A DNA stretch of 64,000 nucleotides from Anolis carolinensis (taxonomy: Eukaryota), in NCBI RefSeq assembly GCF_035594765.1, contig NC_085841.1, forward strand, positions 246,594,689-246,658,688, in the 5' to 3' direction. Made by a program: the position numbers and the translations under genes. The notes under the pieces are model-generated. The model did no database searches. It had not been told where the DNA came from and was given only the letters and a program-made list of their open reading frames with translations. Of this stretch, positions 59,869-64,000 are shown in pieces; positions within the stretch are counted from its first letter, which is position 1; the number at the start of each line of letters is the position of its first letter.

Positions 59869-61386
59869 TATTTCTACCTAGTTTCTTCTTTTATCCATCT
59901 GTTTCATTGACAAATATTGTAAGCAGTTAGAAAAGAAGGTGAAATCAATTGGTATGAATGACAATTCTTTTCATTATGACAAGATGATCGTGAGGAAGAC
60001 ATTACTCTCCTTGAGTGACTTTAAAAGCTAAGCCAAATAGGATTTTTAAATGCAGCATGACTGTCATAACTACTCAAAAATAAGCAAATAGCAAAACAAT
60101 AACAGAAGTCCAATTATGATTTATTTCCAAAATAAAGCATCTTGAATAGTGCAGTTTTGATCTAATTTCTTGTTTTTTACTATAATAGCTCAGGTGGGTT
60201 ACTAGAGGCCATTCATATTATCATTGAAGAGTCTGAGAGAATATACTACCCACGGTGTATGCCTTTTGTAACAAATCTTATATAAATGCCGAGCTACAAA
60301 GTAATCTTTCTAGGGTATTGCCATGTCACTCTGGAATAAAGACACAAGGCATTATCTTGGATTTGAAATATCTACACTGCTATAGAAATCTCAACAAACA
60401 AATTAAGTTTATCATAGCCTACTTGAAAAAGGCAGTAGCATAAAGACCCAACTAGTTTTCTTTTATTCCTATGAGTCATAATTCAAAGAAAGGAAAGTCT
60501 CCAAACCTCTGGCCTCCTTTCCCAACCACTCAGACTGGTATGCCTTATGGTGCTGGAAGGCAGAAAGGGTAAACCTTATCCAAGTGTGGCATCTCATAAT
60601 GCTTACTTGGATTCCCTGAACTATAAACTATGTTCATAACACCAAATATGATAAAAAATATGAAGAAAGAGAAATGCCGATTCCAGCTGACCAATGCTGC
60701 CCCCATCTACTCAGAACTGTTAATGCAATTTGCCCCATATCCATAATAGGGACTGAAATAACATTTAGGATTATTCATTCCCAGGTAGAAAAATAGATTT
60801 CCAGCCGTCAATAAACTCCATCTGGAAGAATAATAGATCAGCAAGAACTCCATGCAATTTCCTCCTGCCATTCGATATCACAAGGTGTTATACAACCATT
60901 TTCTATGGAGAAAAACATATAGTTTTTTGTGCAAAAAAGGCCACCTTATGTTTAGAAAATAAGTATCGTGTGCTGAAAATAGGGGAGGGGTTACACCAGA
61001 AAATGTATTTCCTCTGTAGAATTATTCCTGTTCAACAATTTAGAGGGTTCAAATACAGGGAGAATACTGCTGAGAGGTATTTATCTGCTTCTACAGTAGA
61101 AGGAAACTACTTTATTTCCCCTCACAAGTAAGGGCATATTCTTCGAAGTCTTACATCCCTACTGTTTAATGGGTGAGTGGGTGGTTAAGATGGCATCAGG
61201 CCCTTAATAATCCCCATAGTGCTACCTCTCATTTAGAAGACTTGGAAGACTTGGAAATCTGAGGAAACTTCATTCAAGGCTCTGAAGGATGGAGGGGTAA
61301 CATCACTCCCTTTCCTAATGATGCAACTAACCTGTGAGCAATTCAGTAGTAAACAGTGTCCCATATATCACCCACTTACCAATTAT

Positions 61387-62125
61387 AATCATAGAATCAT
61401 AGAATAGTAGAGTTGGAAGAGACCTCATGGGCCATCCAGTCCAAAACCCTGCTAAGAAGCAGGAAATCGCATTCAACGTACCCCCGACAGATGGCCATCC
61501 AGCCTCTGCTTAAAAGCCTCCAAAGAAGGAGCCTTCGCCACTGCCCGGGGGAGAGAGTTCCACTGTCGAACAGCCCTCACAGTGAGGAAGTTCTTCCTGA
61601 TGTTCAGGTGGAATCTCCTTTCCTGTAGTTTGAAGCCATTGTTCCGTGTCCTAGTCTGCAGGGCAGCGGAAAACAAGCTTGCTCTCTCCTCCCTATGACT
61701 TCCCTTCACGTATTTGTACATGGCTATCATGTCTCCTCTCAGCCTTCTCTTCTGCAGGCTAAACATGCCCAGCTCTTTAAGCTGCTCCTCATAGGGCTTG
61801 TTCTCCAGACCCTTAATCATTTTAGTCACCCTCCTCTGGACGCTTTCCAGCTTGTCAACATCTCTCTTCAACTGCGGTGCCCAAAATTGGACACAGTATT
61901 CCAGGTGTGGTCTGACCAAGGCAGAATAGAGGGGGAGCATGTCTTCCCTGGATCTAGACGCTATTCCCCTATTGATGCAGTCCAGAATCCCGTTGGCTTT
62001 TTTAGCTGCCGCATCACATTGTTGGCTCATGTTTAACTTGTTGTCCACGACGACTCAAGGTCTTTTTCGCGCACACTGCTGTCAAGCCAGGCGTCCCCCA
62101 TTCTGTATCTTTGATTTCCATTTTT
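61387..62125 (-). mobile_element. Young 5'-truncated CR1 with intact ORF2 C-terminal frame (191 aa)
   Basis: ORF 61473-62048 ([39 protein letters not shown]..); (ATAGAATC)n tail. Confidence 0.95.
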
Positions 62126-62604
62126 AAGTTTATACATTTCTTTCACTAACCAACAAAGTAAAGCAAACATAAAACATCCAGGAAATCTATTCATTCTTGC
62201 CATTGGGACATGTTTTTATTTCAACCAGTGGAAAACATTGGGTCAAACTTTTGAAGTGAAAACTGGTCCAAAGAAACAGATTCAAGTGTTCATCATACAG
62301 AGTTCTCTTTCTAGAATCAAAAAAGAACTGGGGACATATACTTCCCGTAGTGTATGTCCCCAGTTCTTTTCATTCAGAATTGTTTTTATATCTCAGCCAA
62401 TTTAGAGTTTCAGAGTTTTATAAAAAAAATTCCCATAATGTTTTTCTGACCATAGAAGAGAACAAGAGGAAAACCCTCAGTCAATTTGCTAGAACATCCA
62501 CATATTGTCTAAAATGCTTCATTGTTTCTACTGTCCAACAACTATTAACAAAATAACTAGGTTGTTGCACTTGTTTCTGAAGGATTGGAGAAATGCCATG
62601 ATGC

Positions 62605-63500
62605 CGGCCTGACCTTGAACCTGTGCCTGTCAGCTGTGATGGACTGGATGAGATTGAACAGGTTGAAATTGAATCCAGACAAGACAGAAGTATTCCTGGT
62701 CAGCCGTAGGGCTGATCAGGTGTTGGGTTGCAACCTGTGCTGGATGGGGTCACACTCCCCCTGAAGGCACAGGTTTGCAGTCTGGGGGTCCTCCTGGACT
62801 CAGCACTGACTCTGGAGGCCTAGGTGTCGGCAGTGGCTGGGAGGGCCTTCGCACAGTTAACACTCGTGCGCCAGCTGTGCCCATACCTTGAGAATCCCGA
62901 TCTGGCCATAGTAGTACATGCCTTAGTCATATCCAGGCTAGATTACTGTAACGCACTCTACATGGGGCTGCTCCAGAAGAGCGTTTGGAAACTTCAGCTG
63001 GTTCAAAGGTCAGCTGCTAGACTACTCACTGGAGCAGGATATAGAGAAAGAATTACTCCACTCCTGAAGCAGCTACACTGGCTTTGGGTTTGTTTCTGGG
63101 CGCAATTCAAGGTGCTGGTTTTAGCCTACAAACCCCTATATGGTTTGGACCCAGCCTACTTGAGGGACCGTATCTCCTTCTACCAACCCATTCAAGCCCT
63201 GAGATCCTCAGGAGAGGTCCTTCTCTCAGTCCCACCACCATCGCAGGTGCGTTTGGTGGGAACGAGAGAGAGGTCCTTTTCAGTGGTGGCCCCGTGGATC
63301 TGGAACTCCCTCCCTAATGAGGTACAATCAGCTCCCTCCTTAATGGCCTTTCGTTCGCAAATTAAAAACTTTCTTTGGAGCCAGGCCTTCCCAGATGAAT
63401 GAAAATAGGCACTGCCAGTTTGATAACAGGTTATGGATATCTTTAATATGGTGCTTGTTTTGAGTTTTTAAAAATTGTTTTATTTGATATTTTAATTGAT
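62605..63500 (+). mobile_element. L2 LINE 3' part
   Basis: WMRLNRLKLNPDKTEV; ORF 62824-63402 with VVHALVISRLDYCNALYMGL..LHWL..FSVVAP.IWNSLP. Confidence 0.94.
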
Positions 63501-63508
63501 TCTCGTTG

Positions 63509-64000
63509 ATGGCAAATAACTTTCCTCAGCATAATACCCCTGGGGAGGAAATTAATATCATTGGACATAACTCAACAGAGATCAGTTGGCCCTCAGATAT
63601 GATCGGAAAGGGAGAGATTGGACAACATAAGGGTAGCAAGGATGAAATACTAGGCAATGGGGAAGCTGAGGGAGGAGGAGATCTGTCTGGTGAACAACAT
63701 GGACAGGGGAAAGATGAGAGTATGGATTTTGAAACGGGAGCACCAAAGCAGATAATGAACACTTCGTTGGGGATGGACTTTCCCCTCTGGTCTGCAGGAT
63801 GCCATTATGACCATCCGTTTCAAGTGGAACAACTGGCATTTGATATCAAAGACTTTCAACTGAATAGAGGCAGATGGACCTCAAAAAGAGGGATTCGGAG
63901 GTCCTTGGCCCAAATTCTTTCTAGGAGCCTGAAAAAAATCAAGATTAAGACCATCTCTTGGCTTCACAAGGACTTCCAATCCTATGATCACTCGACTCGC
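63509..64000 (+). CDS. Uncharacterised ORF of at least 164 codons, open to the window edge; possibly LINE ORF1
   Basis: ATG at 63509 and no stop through 64000 by manual translation; acidic Gly-rich N-terminal part, then basic/hydrophobic QLNRGRWTSKRGIRRSLAQILSRSLKKIKIKTISWL. Confidence 0.5.
   Translation, partial: MANNFPQHNTPGEEINIIGHNSTEISWPSDMIGKGEIGQHKGSKDEILGNGEAEGGGDLSGEQHGQGKDESMDFETGAPKQIMNTSLGMDFPLWSAGCHYDHPFQVEQLAFDIKDFQLNRGRWTSKRGIRRSLAQILSRSLKKIKIKTISWLHKDFQSYDHSTR

Overview
64 kb of AT-rich, repeat-dense vertebrate nuclear DNA. The repeats point to a squamate, most likely Anolis: Sauria SINEs, CR1 with (ATAGAATC)n/(GATTCTAT)n tails, L2, RTE/BovB, Penelope, and hAT, Tc1-mariner and Harbinger-type MITEs. 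I could not recognise any host protein-coding exon, rRNA, tRNA or CRISPR, so the window looks intergenic or deep-intronic, and nearly all ORFs in the track are transposon fragments or chance ORFs. Highlights: (1) Three complete solo LTRs with TG..CA ends and exact 5-bp TSDs, plus one LTR-like fragment, all open an acidic reading frame from LTR nucleotide 2. Two diverged copies encode collinear 91-codon peptides with many synonymous codon changes and a C-terminal R[RK]SAR[IL]AAR motif resembling the HMGN nucleosome-binding core. They also share an identically spaced array of GGACH (m6A-consensus) motifs. (2) A 1.9-kb non-autonomous hAT element (8-bp TSD) carries a CpG-island/promoter-like segment plus Penelope and Sauria SINE pieces. 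(3) Penelope remnants carry hammerhead-ribozyme cores. (4) An intact ORF of at least 164 codons runs off the right edge and is absent from the ORF track. All alignments and counts were done by eye. Family names are by recognition, not database search, and boundaries without TSD support are approximate.
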